A stretch of 64,000 bases of DNA from Minisyncoccota bacterium. GTDB lineage: Bacteria > Patescibacteriota > Minisyncoccia > Phycocordibacterales > UBA9973. How positions within the stretch are numbered: position 1 is the stretch's first letter; each line of letters opens with the position of its first letter. The stretch covers positions 24,626-88,625 of the forward strand of contig JAQULK010000001.1 in the NCBI GenBank assembly GCA_028718635.1, in the 5' to 3' direction. Below, piece by piece: positions 18,054-26,981 of the stretch. A program made the translations under genes and the position numbers. Below the pieces are notes generated by a model. That model saw nothing but the letters and a program-made list of their open reading frames with translations, was not told the DNA's origin and did no database searches.

Positions 18054-18476
18054 TCATTTACTTTCTTTACTAAGAGATTTATAAATAATTAGAATAAGAG
18101 AAAATACAAAATATGCAATAGAAATTCCAAAAGCTATAATATCTTTTTCAAAATTAAAAAATTCATCTCCCCAATACCAAGGCATAAATATTATATTTAA
18201 CAAATAAACAAATAAATAAACAAATAAAGTTTTTTTCCAAGTTTCAAACATATGCTGTCTTTTGACAAAAGACATTATTATGATAGGAATTAAAATTGTA
18301 ACTCCAACTAAAAATAACAATACAGCATATTGAGCAATATCAATACATAAAAAACAACGAGAGTCATATATGGCATAAAAAACTTTTCTTGGTACTAAAA
18401 TTGAAAATCCAATAGTTCCAACTAAACTAAAAACCAATAATTTCTTTAATGTAAACCACTCTAAAAATTTATTCAT
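18054..18476 (-). CDS. Hypothetical membrane protein
   Basis: 140 aa, 4 predicted TM segments. Confidence 0.35.
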   Translation of the reverse strand: MNKFLEWFTLKKLLVFSLVGTIGFSILVPRKVFYAIYDSRCFLCIDIAQYAVLLFLVGVTILIPIIIMSFVKRQHMFETWKKTLFVYLFVYLLNIIFMPWYWGDEFFNFEKDIIAFGISIAYFVFSLILIIYKSLSKESK

Positions 18477-18531
18477 AATTTATTTAAAAATATATTAAAA
18501 ACCTTAATACGACACATTAAGGTCATCCTCG

Positions 18532-19167
18532 CTAGTTTTTAATATTACTGCCATTTGCAGTAAATTTTCCACCGCCTGTGATGTTTTTTGCAGTTACATA
18601 AATACTGCCGCCGCTACTTGATACATTTCCATTTGCCGTGACAATTCCATTATTGGTAAAATTATCAGAAATTATTAATCTGACAGCTCCTCCGCCATTA
18701 GTCGTACCACCACTGCCAAGATCAATGGGTTTGGTAGCCGAACCATAAGTTGAATCAGAATTACCAGAGCTAATTCCGCCGTAACTCGCGCCAGGGTTTG
18801 AATAACCATTCACATCTTTTCCAGCTCCAGGCCCTTGATTGGCGCCGTAACCTTTCCCGTCAGCAGAAATAGATGAACCAGCATCAATAGTTATGTTTAC
18901 AGCATTAATTTTTACTCCTTTGAAATCATTTGATGAAAGAGGATCACCTTCGAGGGTCAATACTGCATTATTAGTGATGGTCAGATTATTAAAAACATAT
19001 TCGCCGGCAGGCAATGACACATTTGAATTCACAATAACTTCAGCTTCATCCACATCTTGAATTCCATTGCTATTTAAATCAGAAGCAAAAACCCTTGGAG
19101 TAAAAATAAAAAAAGCGCTAAGAAAAAATAAAAACGAAAATAAAATAATCGATTTTCGTAAGCGCAT
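18532..19167 (-). CDS. Secreted hypothetical protein, Gly/Ser/Asn-rich (beta-helix-like)
   Basis: 211 aa; signal peptide MRLRKSIILFSFLFFLSAFFIFTPRVFA; repetitive G/S/N/T composition. Confidence 0.45.
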   Translation of the reverse strand: MRLRKSIILFSFLFFLSAFFIFTPRVFASDLNSNGIQDVDEAEVIVNSNVSLPAGEYVFNNLTITNNAVLTLEGDPLSSNDFKGVKINAVNITIDAGSSISADGKGYGANQGPGAGKDVNGYSNPGASYGGISSGNSDSTYGSATKPIDLGSGGTTNGGGAVRLIISDNFTNNGIVTANGNVSSSGGSIYVTAKNITGGGKFTANGSNIKN

Positions 19168-19239
19168 TTAATTTAAAATTATTTATATAAATTCATTATC
19201 TCACAAGATTAAAAGATATAGTAAAGAAAGTGTGCATAA

Positions 19240-20646
19240 CTATTTTTTCTTCTCTTTCAATTTTCCACCACAAGCAACCACAAAATCATTATGCATCTTT
19301 TTTAGATCATTTTCTTTGAGTTTCCCGAAAACTTTGACCGCCTCTCTCGACTTTTTCTTAAAAGAAATATCTTTTTCTAAAACCTCCGGATGCACTTTAA
19401 ACGCATGCTCATTGATGCCAAGCAGAAAAAGACCTGAGAGCCTGCGCACTCGAGAAAGCGCCACATAGCCTTGCCCAAATTCAAACACTTGCGACAAATC
19501 CATCACTGCGGCATCCATGCTCATCCCCTGGCTCTTGTGCACTGTAATAGCCCAAGCCAGCCGAAGCGGAATCTGAGTTATTTGCGCGCGAACTTTTCCA
19601 TTTTCTTCCACTATCCAATCCGAGGGCGGAATGGTTATTTTCCTTCCATTTTTAGTTTTAATAATCGGGTACCCGCTGAATTCTTCGAAACCTCTCACCA
19701 CGCCAAGCGTGCCATTTACAAATTTTTCTTTTTGATTATTTTTTGTGCACATTACCACTGCGCCGATTTTAAGCTCCAAATTTTCCGGCGACAGGCACCC
19801 TTTCTTAAGAGCCTCTACCACTTTGTCGTTTCCGCTCCCGGACATTTTAAATAATTTTACATCCTCCTCTAATTTTGCAAGCTCTATATTGTTTACCCGA
19901 TCCACATCTATATTGTGTGAAAAAAGTTTGGTAATATTCAGGGCTTCTTTGGGCATATCATCATGATCAATCTGCCGAGCAGTTATAAATTTTCTACGCA
20001 TTTGTGAAAAATCATTAGCGCGGATGCCGGAGAGCACCGAAAGAAAGTCTTTATCGTCTTGGCGATGCTGTTCTGTCAAATAACACACGACCAATCCTGC
20101 CCTCTCCCAAGCACTAGATTCATAAGCAAAAATCCCCAGCGGTTGAACCGCTGAAATAAGTGAGCTCTGCTTGTTTTTATTCAGATTATTTTCTTTGTCA
20201 TCTTTTCTTATAATCGGAGGCAATTGAAAAAAATCGCCCACGAAAATTATTTGGATGCCACCGAACGGTTCATCATTTTGTTTTATTTCTCGGCAAACCA
20301 TATCCACCATATCAAGCATATTGGAGGAGAGCATAGAAACCTCATCAATGATCAAAATCCGCGTTCGCCTTACGCGCTTGCAGACATATTCACTGCTCGC
20401 AATTTTATCCAAATCATATTTGTCTAATTTTGTCCTGATGCCGATACCGCTCCAAGAATGAATCGTCATCCCGCCGATATGCGTCGCGGCGATCCCCGTG
20501 GAAGCGGTGATCGCAGGAGTTATATCGCGAGTGCGCAAATAATTCACAAAATTATTTATAGTGTGCGTCTTTCCCGCCCCCGGCTCGCCCGTCAAAAAAA
20601 CATTTACACCGGTTTTTAAAATATTCAAAGCTTCATTTTGAGTCAC
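19240..20646 (-). CDS. PIF1/RecD-family SF1B DNA helicase
   Basis: 468 aa; Walker A GEPGAGKTH, Walker B IIDEVSM, FVGDFFQLPPI, Pif1 signature LTEQHRQ, AITVHKSQGMSMD. Confidence 0.8.
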   Translation of the reverse strand: MTQNEALNILKTGVNVFLTGEPGAGKTHTINNFVNYLRTRDITPAITASTGIAATHIGGMTIHSWSGIGIRTKLDKYDLDKIASSEYVCKRVRRTRILIIDEVSMLSSNMLDMVDMVCREIKQNDEPFGGIQIIFVGDFFQLPPIIRKDDKENNLNKNKQSSLISAVQPLGIFAYESSAWERAGLVVCYLTEQHRQDDKDFLSVLSGIRANDFSQMRRKFITARQIDHDDMPKEALNITKLFSHNIDVDRVNNIELAKLEEDVKLFKMSGSGNDKVVEALKKGCLSPENLELKIGAVVMCTKNNQKEKFVNGTLGVVRGFEEFSGYPIIKTKNGRKITIPPSDWIVEENGKVRAQITQIPLRLAWAITVHKSQGMSMDAAVMDLSQVFEFGQGYVALSRVRRLSGLFLLGINEHAFKVHPEVLEKDISFKKKSREAVKVFGKLKENDLKKMHNDFVVACGGKLKEKKK

Positions 20647-20657
20647 GCTCTATTCTA

Positions 20658-22331
20658 CTACATTTTCTTCGGAGCCGTAATGCCGAGGAGGTACAGACCG
20701 TTTTTCATCACAAAAGAAAACGCGTACGTCAGAGAAATTTTATATCCAGAACTAGAATCTTCTTTATTTACTATTACCGTATTTCCATAAAAGCTATTAA
20801 AGGCACGGGCGACTTCTATTAAATAATTCGCAATATAGTGCGGTTCGTATTCTTTCGCGGAACGGAAAACAATTTCCGGAAATTTATATAATAATTTTTC
20901 TACTTCAAAAATTTCCTCTCCGAAAGCATGCGGGTCCGGCAAGATATTTTCTTTTTGGGCTTTTTCTAAAATTGAATTTGCCCGGGCATAAGCATATTGC
21001 AGATACGGCCCAGAATCCCCTTCAAAAGAAATTGATTTTTCGAAATCGTAAATGATATCCCCGCCGATTCCTTGCTTAAGGATGGAATATTTCAAGGCAG
21101 AAACGCTCACATCATTTGCCACTTTTTCTTCTTCCTGCGGAGAAAAATCCCTATTTGTCATTTTTTCCAAAATAGCGTCGCGAGCATCGTTCAAAAGCGA
21201 TTCGCCAGTTATCACATTCCCCTTCCTAGACCCCATCTTGCCGGTAGGAAGGCGCATCATGCCGTGAGTAATATGTTTCATCTTTTCCGCATGTTCTTTG
21301 TTGATCAAGGAAATAGCTTTCATAACAACGCGCATATAATCCTTCTGCTCGTTGGCAGTAACCATAATAGACAAATCCATATCTGGAAAAGTTTTGAATT
21401 TTTCTTCCGCCAACCCGAGATCTTTGGTTTCATAAGTGGGCAATCCAGCAGAAGTAATGAAAACTCTGGTGTGCAACTTAGAGTCGTATTTCTCTGCTTT
21501 GAAGACAATCGCTCCATCAGATTCTTCAAAAATTCCCATATTTGCATTCACAATTTCTCGCCCAATATCCGCCATCACGCTTTCTAGAAAATAAAAATCG
21601 AACTTCGTGCCTAGCATTTTATATAGATCTTCGAAGGTTTCCATCGTCACCCTGAAACCCCATTCATATATTTCCGTTATTTTTTTGTCTTTTTTGTCGT
21701 CCTCTTTTATATAAAGTTTTTTATTTATTTCATCTATCTCTTTCTTTATTTCCTCATCAATTTCATAAAGTTCCGCGCCTCTGGCGTAAGCTTTCCCTAT
21801 GTTTGACGCCTGCAGAGCATTTGACCCCGCTTTGCTTTGCAATTTTTCGTTATCCATAAGCCCATAAATAGCTTTAGCTACATGCAGGCCGAGGTCTCCT
21901 TGGAAATTAGCCCGTGCAATCTTGGCTCCGGAGAATTCAACTAAACGCGAGATTGATTCCCCGATAGCATTGCTCATCAAATGTCCAATGTGAAAAGGCT
22001 TGAAAGGATTCGGGTCCGTATATTCAACCATTATTTTTTTTCCTTCCAATGAATTATTTTTCCCAAAATCTTCCGGATTATTTAAAATTTCTTCGACTCT
22101 ATTTGCGAAAAACTTCCTCGATAAATGGAAATTTATAAATCTGCCAACCATTTCTATCTTTTCTATTTCTGGCAATTTATTTTTTTCTAATTTTTCCAAA
22201 GATTCTTTTGCATTTTCTAAAGATGAAATAAAAGTGTAATCTCCATTTTTGAGATCTTTGGGATGCGTCAAGACAAAATCGCCTTCAATCTTTAAAATTT
22301 CCTTTATCCAGTTTTTTATTTTTTGTTCCAT
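20658..22331 (-). CDS. argS: Arginyl-tRNA synthetase
   Basis: 557 aa; PNPFKPFHIGHLMSNAIGE (HIGH), C-terminal DALS-type anticodon-binding domain. Confidence 0.85.
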   Translation of the reverse strand: MEQKIKNWIKEILKIEGDFVLTHPKDLKNGDYTFISSLENAKESLEKLEKNKLPEIEKIEMVGRFINFHLSRKFFANRVEEILNNPEDFGKNNSLEGKKIMVEYTDPNPFKPFHIGHLMSNAIGESISRLVEFSGAKIARANFQGDLGLHVAKAIYGLMDNEKLQSKAGSNALQASNIGKAYARGAELYEIDEEIKKEIDEINKKLYIKEDDKKDKKITEIYEWGFRVTMETFEDLYKMLGTKFDFYFLESVMADIGREIVNANMGIFEESDGAIVFKAEKYDSKLHTRVFITSAGLPTYETKDLGLAEEKFKTFPDMDLSIMVTANEQKDYMRVVMKAISLINKEHAEKMKHITHGMMRLPTGKMGSRKGNVITGESLLNDARDAILEKMTNRDFSPQEEEKVANDVSVSALKYSILKQGIGGDIIYDFEKSISFEGDSGPYLQYAYARANSILEKAQKENILPDPHAFGEEIFEVEKLLYKFPEIVFRSAKEYEPHYIANYLIEVARAFNSFYGNTVIVNKEDSSSGYKISLTYAFSFVMKNGLYLLGITAPKKM

Positions 22332-22371
22332 AATGTTTTGTATAAATGTTCTAATAAAAATTTTAAGAAAC

Positions 22372-22407
22372 GTGTGGGTCCCCTGTCCTTATGACTCCGA
22401 GGGCGCA
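22372..22407. repeat. GTGGGTCCCCTGTCCTTATGACTCCGAGGGCG motif (family G), argS-dut spacer
   Basis: Shared 30-nt motif with 31708-31745. Confidence 0.55.
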
Positions 22408-22438
22408 GTTTCAAAAATTTTTGATTAGAACATTTTGT

Positions 22439-22864
22439 TTATTTACGTCCTGTACTCCCTTCCCTCCCTTCGCCTCGCACAGTTTCTGAAAGCTCTTCAG
22501 TCTCTACAATATCACAATATTCGAATTTTTGAATTAGCATCTGGGCGATCTTGTGATCTTTTGTCATTAAAACTTCTTTATTTGAAACATTCAAAAAATT
22601 CATGGTAATTTCGCCTCTAAAACCAGCATCTATCACTCCGCCCATGACTTTTAACCCTAAGTTAAAAGAGATGCTCGATTTGTCCCAAATAAGACCCACA
22701 TGACCTTCTGGAATTTCAATAGCCACGCCAGTGCGAACTGTCTCTTGTTTGCCGGGCAGAAAACGGACATCTTCTACGCAATAAAAATCAATCCCCGCAT
22801 CCCCGGGATGTCCATGGGTCGGCAACTTCGCATCTTCCCTAAGTTTTTTAACTTTAATTTGCAT
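22439..22864 (-). CDS. dut: dUTP diphosphatase
   Basis: 141 aa; GDAGIDFY, GVIDAGFRGEI, C-terminal RGEGREGSTG motifs of dUTPase. Confidence 0.8.
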   Translation of the reverse strand: MQIKVKKLREDAKLPTHGHPGDAGIDFYCVEDVRFLPGKQETVRTGVAIEIPEGHVGLIWDKSSISFNLGLKVMGGVIDAGFRGEITMNFLNVSNKEVLMTKDHKIAQMLIQKFEYCDIVETEELSETVRGEGREGSTGRK

Positions 22865-22869
22865 AAAAA

Positions 22870-23562
22870 TTAACGTAAAACTTTTTTAATTTTTTCATAA
22901 ATTTTTTCATGGATTATTTCACGGCTTTCCAAAATTCCATTTTCTGCGCATTCAATTTTAATCCAACCCTTTTGAGTTTTAGAGAGCCATAAAGCCGTTT
23001 TATTAGAATTGGTTAGATATGGGATATTCCCTTCCACGATATCTTTCCTCTTGCCAGTATATTTGCGTGAAGTTTTTTTATTGCGTTCTTTTATTAATTT
23101 CAAAATGATGCTCATCGGAACATTCAAATAAAACACCGCATCGGGTTTGGGAATTTTAAAAACTTTGTATTCCATCTCATCGAGCCATTTTATAAAATTA
23201 TTCCGCCTTTTGGTGTCTTTAATTTTCCCGCCTTGATGAATTTGATTGGCGCTGACATATCTATTTGATAAAACAATATATCCTTTTTTGAGCCAATCCC
23301 GTATTTTCTCGGATGATTCCCATCTGTCCGCCGCATAAGCGATGGAAGCAATTTTGGGATGAATATTTATCCAATTATAATACTGCTCAGACAAACAATG
23401 CCCGATGAATTTTCCAAAGAAATTTTTATAGTATTCTGGAAAATCTAGAAGTTTCACGGTGTACCCTTCTCTCACCAATCGCGCGCGCAAGAGCTTCACT
23501 TGCGTAGCTTTTCCGCTTCCATCCGTGCCGTCCACTACAATGAGTTTGCCTTTTTTTGCCAT
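22870..23562 (-). CDS. tmk: Thymidylate (dTMP) kinase-like P-loop kinase
   Basis: 230 aa; P-loop IVVDGTDGSGKAT, DRY-like SNRYVSANQIHQGG. Confidence 0.6.
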   Translation of the reverse strand: MAKKGKLIVVDGTDGSGKATQVKLLRARLVREGYTVKLLDFPEYYKNFFGKFIGHCLSEQYYNWINIHPKIASIAYAADRWESSEKIRDWLKKGYIVLSNRYVSANQIHQGGKIKDTKRRNNFIKWLDEMEYKVFKIPKPDAVFYLNVPMSIILKLIKERNKKTSRKYTGKRKDIVEGNIPYLTNSNKTALWLSKTQKGWIKIECAENGILESREIIHEKIYEKIKKVLR

Positions 23563-23563
23563 A

Positions 23564-24262
23564 TTATTTAGCTTCTCTCAATGATTCCATCTCAAATGAG
23601 TTTATCAATAAATCATCATCGACATCCACTAAATACGCTAAAGCCTTGGCTGGTTTTTCAACTGGCATCGCCATTCCAAAATTTTTATGAATCCCCACTT
23701 TTTCAAAAAGACCAGTATGAATAAATCCAGGATAAAATCCCACCACGCTAATGTTAAAAGGAGCGAGTTCCAGCTGAAGAGATTTCGTAAAGCCGGTCAC
23801 CGCCCATTTTGAAGCATTATAAACAGAACGTTCTGCTTTTGGATTCAGACCCGCCCTAGAACTAATATTTATAATTCTCCCGTACTTTTGTTTTTTAAGC
23901 TGAGGCACTAAAGCATTTACCACGAGCATGGTTCCGACAGTATTTATCAAAACCGCATTTTTTATTTCTTCAGGATTATTTTCTTCAATCGGACCTTCTA
24001 TCCAAACTCCCGCGCAATTTATCAAGCAGTCAATTTTTTTATATTTTTTTACAACTTGCGAAAATGCATCTTTAATTTGTTCCGCGTTTGTGACATCGCA
24101 AATAATGCCGTCGCATTCCAGCTCCTTGGAAGTTTCCTTCACTTCTTTCGCATTTTTCCCTAGAATCACGACCTCATTTTCACGAACTAAAATTTTAGCG
24201 GTAGCTTTTCCTAACCCGCTGTTTCCGCCTGTTATCACAATTACTTTTTTACCTGACTTCAT
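23564..24262 (-). CDS. SDR-family short-chain dehydrogenase/reductase
   Basis: 232 aa; TGGNSGLGKATA Rossmann motif, YNASKWAV (YxxxK). Confidence 0.8.
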   Translation of the reverse strand: MKSGKKVIVITGGNSGLGKATAKILVRENEVVILGKNAKEVKETSKELECDGIICDVTNAEQIKDAFSQVVKKYKKIDCLINCAGVWIEGPIEENNPEEIKNAVLINTVGTMLVVNALVPQLKKQKYGRIINISSRAGLNPKAERSVYNASKWAVTGFTKSLQLELAPFNISVVGFYPGFIHTGLFEKVGIHKNFGMAMPVEKPAKALAYLVDVDDDLLINSFEMESLREAK

Positions 24263-24267
24263 AAACT

Positions 24268-25458
24268 TTATTTCTTCCCCTTTAAAACCTTGTCTATTTT
24301 TCTAGCGATAGCAATCATGTCTTTTTCTTTCTTGCCCAAAGTAGTCTCCGCCGGTGTACCGATGCGGATTCCAGAAGGATCAAATGGTGAACGAGTTTCA
24401 CCCGGAATAGTATTTTTATTGCAAATGATTCCTGCTTTTTCGAGTTTCGCTTCAGCCTCCTTTCCAGAGATACCTTTTCCATTCATCCAAACATCCACCA
24501 AAATAAGATGCGATTCTGTACCACCAGAAACTACTCTCCAACCTAAGCGGACGAGTTCATTGGCTAATACTTTTGCATTCTTGATGACTTGTTTCGCATA
24601 TTTTTTAAAAGCTGGCGAATCGTCTTCCTTTAAAGCAACAGCAATGCCGGCAATCTGACCCATGTGCGGACCTCCTTGTAAACCTGGAAAGATCGCTTTA
24701 TCAATCAAAGATGATATATCTTTGTCGCCAAGTTTTTTATCTTTTCTAGAGAAAATAATTGCTCCTCTTGGACCACGTAAAGTCTTGTGAGTGGTGGTCG
24801 TAACCACATCTGCATATTTAAAAGGTGTTGGATAAGCTTCTCCTGCTACTAGTCCGGCAAAGTGTGACATATCAACCATGAGATATGCACCGCAAGCATC
24901 AGCTACTTCGCGACACTTTTTAAAATCAACAATTCTAGGGTAAGCCGTAAATCCTACAATGATTAGATTCGGCTTTTCTCTTATTGCATCCTCTTTCATT
25001 TTTTTATAATCAATGAGTTCGGTTTTTAAATCTATGCCGATGGGCACTTGTTCCCACACCTTGCCAGTGATGGAAACTTTCTGACCATGAGTCAAATGCC
25101 CGCCGGAAGAAAGAGGCAACCCCATCACCTTCCCGCCTTTTGGCACCAGCGCTAGATACACAGCCAAGTTCGCAGGAGACCCTGAAAGCGGCTGGACATT
25201 TACATGCCATAAATCTTTTTTTAATTTAAAAAGTTTTCGAGCTCGGTCTTGGCAAAGAATCTCAAGCTCATCTGTATACCTCTGCCCCCCATAATATCGA
25301 GCATGAGGATACCCCTCTGCATATTTATTGTCAAAAATAGAACCAAGCGCCGTCAAAACATCTTTGGAAACATAGTTCTCCGAGGGGATAAGATTGATTA
25401 CGCTCTTCTGCCTCCTTGTTTCATTCTTAATAAGACTCTCAATTTTTTTATCTTTCAT
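24268..25458 (-). CDS. glyA: Serine hydroxymethyltransferase
   Basis: 396 aa; LIPSENYVS, YYGG, TTTTHKTLRGPRG (PLP-lysine) motifs. Confidence 0.9.
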   Translation of the reverse strand: MKDKKIESLIKNETRRQKSVINLIPSENYVSKDVLTALGSIFDNKYAEGYPHARYYGGQRYTDELEILCQDRARKLFKLKKDLWHVNVQPLSGSPANLAVYLALVPKGGKVMGLPLSSGGHLTHGQKVSITGKVWEQVPIGIDLKTELIDYKKMKEDAIREKPNLIIVGFTAYPRIVDFKKCREVADACGAYLMVDMSHFAGLVAGEAYPTPFKYADVVTTTTHKTLRGPRGAIIFSRKDKKLGDKDISSLIDKAIFPGLQGGPHMGQIAGIAVALKEDDSPAFKKYAKQVIKNAKVLANELVRLGWRVVSGGTESHLILVDVWMNGKGISGKEAEAKLEKAGIICNKNTIPGETRSPFDPSGIRIGTPAETTLGKKEKDMIAIARKIDKVLKGKK

Positions 25459-25486
25459 AAAACGATTATATCACATTAATTTTTAT

Positions 25487-26356
25487 CTACCTGTGGAATG
25501 AAAAAATCTCATTTTGACCGTCGGATTTCACGATTATCGTACCCAACAAATCAGTCCGGAAAATTTTTGCTCCAAATTTAGTGAGTGTTTCCAAGGTCTC
25601 TGGATGAGGATGACCGTAATTATTATCTTTGCCGTCTGAGATGAGCGCATATTCCGGAGAGACGGCTTTTACATAACTTGGAGACGAAGAAGTCCGCGAG
25701 CCATGATGCCCAACCTTTAAAATAGTGCTTTTTAACCGCATTTGGGAATTTTCTGAGAGAATTATTTGTTCTGTTTTTGTTCCTGCATCACCAGTTAGCA
25801 TTATAGAAGTATTTCCATAAGAAAGCCGTGCTACTACTGAGCCATCATTCGTCGCCCACTCGGAAACATCTCTATCGGGAAATAAAATATCGATTACTGC
25901 TCCGCTTCCCATGTCTAACTTCATTCCTCTTTTAGCTAAAATATCCGGTACGTTTTGTTTTTTCATTTCTTCTCTCAAGTTTTGATAAGTTTTAGAATCT
26001 GTTAAGACGCCAGATTCGAGAACCATACCCACTTTGTAATTCTTTAAAATATCCAAAAGTCCGCCGATGTGATCTGCGTCCGGGTTGGTAATTATTAGGG
26101 CATCAATAGTTTTATCAAATGGAGAAATTACTCTTTGAAGTGGACCCAAAACTTTACGCGGTGGACCACCATCAAACATGACTTGGGTACCTGTCGGAGA
26201 TTCTATAAAAAGAGCGTCTCCCTGCCCGACATCTAGCATTGCAAAAGTAAGACCCTGGTTGGAATTTTGCCAATCTAAATAAAATAGAAAAAATGTTGTA
26301 AATAAAAGGAGAAGTACAAGAATCAACATCCAGCACTGTTTGATATTTTTATACAT
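25487..26356 (-). CDS. Stand-alone ComEC-type metallo-beta-lactamase domain protein (N-terminal TM anchor)
   Basis: 289 aa; MLDVGQGDA...ITNPDADHIGG and later HHGS motifs as in the C-terminal MBL domain of ComEC. Confidence 0.65.
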   Translation of the reverse strand: MYKNIKQCWMLILVLLLLFTTFFLFYLDWQNSNQGLTFAMLDVGQGDALFIESPTGTQVMFDGGPPRKVLGPLQRVISPFDKTIDALIITNPDADHIGGLLDILKNYKVGMVLESGVLTDSKTYQNLREEMKKQNVPDILAKRGMKLDMGSGAVIDILFPDRDVSEWATNDGSVVARLSYGNTSIMLTGDAGTKTEQIILSENSQMRLKSTILKVGHHGSRTSSSPSYVKAVSPEYALISDGKDNNYGHPHPETLETLTKFGAKIFRTDLLGTIIVKSDGQNEIFSFHR

Positions 26357-26372
26357 GTTACAATACTAACAT

Positions 26373-26981
26373 ATGAAATTTGAGGAAATAAAATTTAACC
26401 TAGGAAGTTTTAAAGGCATCTCTAGTAAAAATATTGAGGAACATTTGAAGCTTTATGCTGGGTATGTAAAAAACACAAATTTAATTATTGAAAAACTTGA
26501 AGAATACGAAAAAATATCTGAAACCAGAGAGCTAGCCCCGGAAGTTGTTTATTTAGTGGGAGAACTACATAGAAGATTCGGCTTTGAATTCAATGGAATG
26601 AGAAACCACGAATATTATTTCAAGTCTCTAGAAGGCGAAGCCAAACCCCTACCTGAAAATTTTCAATTAAAAATTACGATTGAAAAACAAGGACAATCGT
26701 TTGATCTATGGCTCAGGGATTTTAAAAATCTGGCGATGACCCGCGGAGTCGGCTGGGCAGTGCTTTACTACGACAAACAAACAAAAAATCTCATATCTGC
26801 TTGGGTAGACGAGCACCACTTGGGACAATTAAATGGACTTCAGTGGATTCTTGGTATTGATATGTGGGAACATGCTTTCGTTTATGATTATCCGACCTCC
26901 GAAAAGAAAAAATACGTGGAAGCATTCTTTGAAAATTTAAATTGGGAGGTCATAGAAGAAAATTTCAAAAAGGCTCAGTAA
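26373..26981 (+). CDS. sod: Fe/Mn superoxide dismutase family protein
   Basis: 202 aa; FNGMRNHEYYF and DMWEHAFVYDY metal-ligand motifs. Confidence 0.7.
   Translation: MKFEEIKFNLGSFKGISSKNIEEHLKLYAGYVKNTNLIIEKLEEYEKISETRELAPEVVYLVGELHRRFGFEFNGMRNHEYYFKSLEGEAKPLPENFQLKITIEKQGQSFDLWLRDFKNLAMTRGVGWAVLYYDKQTKNLISAWVDEHHLGQLNGLQWILGIDMWEHAFVYDYPTSEKKKYVEAFFENLNWEVIEENFKKAQ

Noticed and set aside
22445-22490. GC-rich stretch at dut 3' end as another inserted repeat
   Set aside because: It encodes the conserved dUTPase C-terminal motif V (RGEGREGSTG), so it is native coding sequence rather than an insertion.
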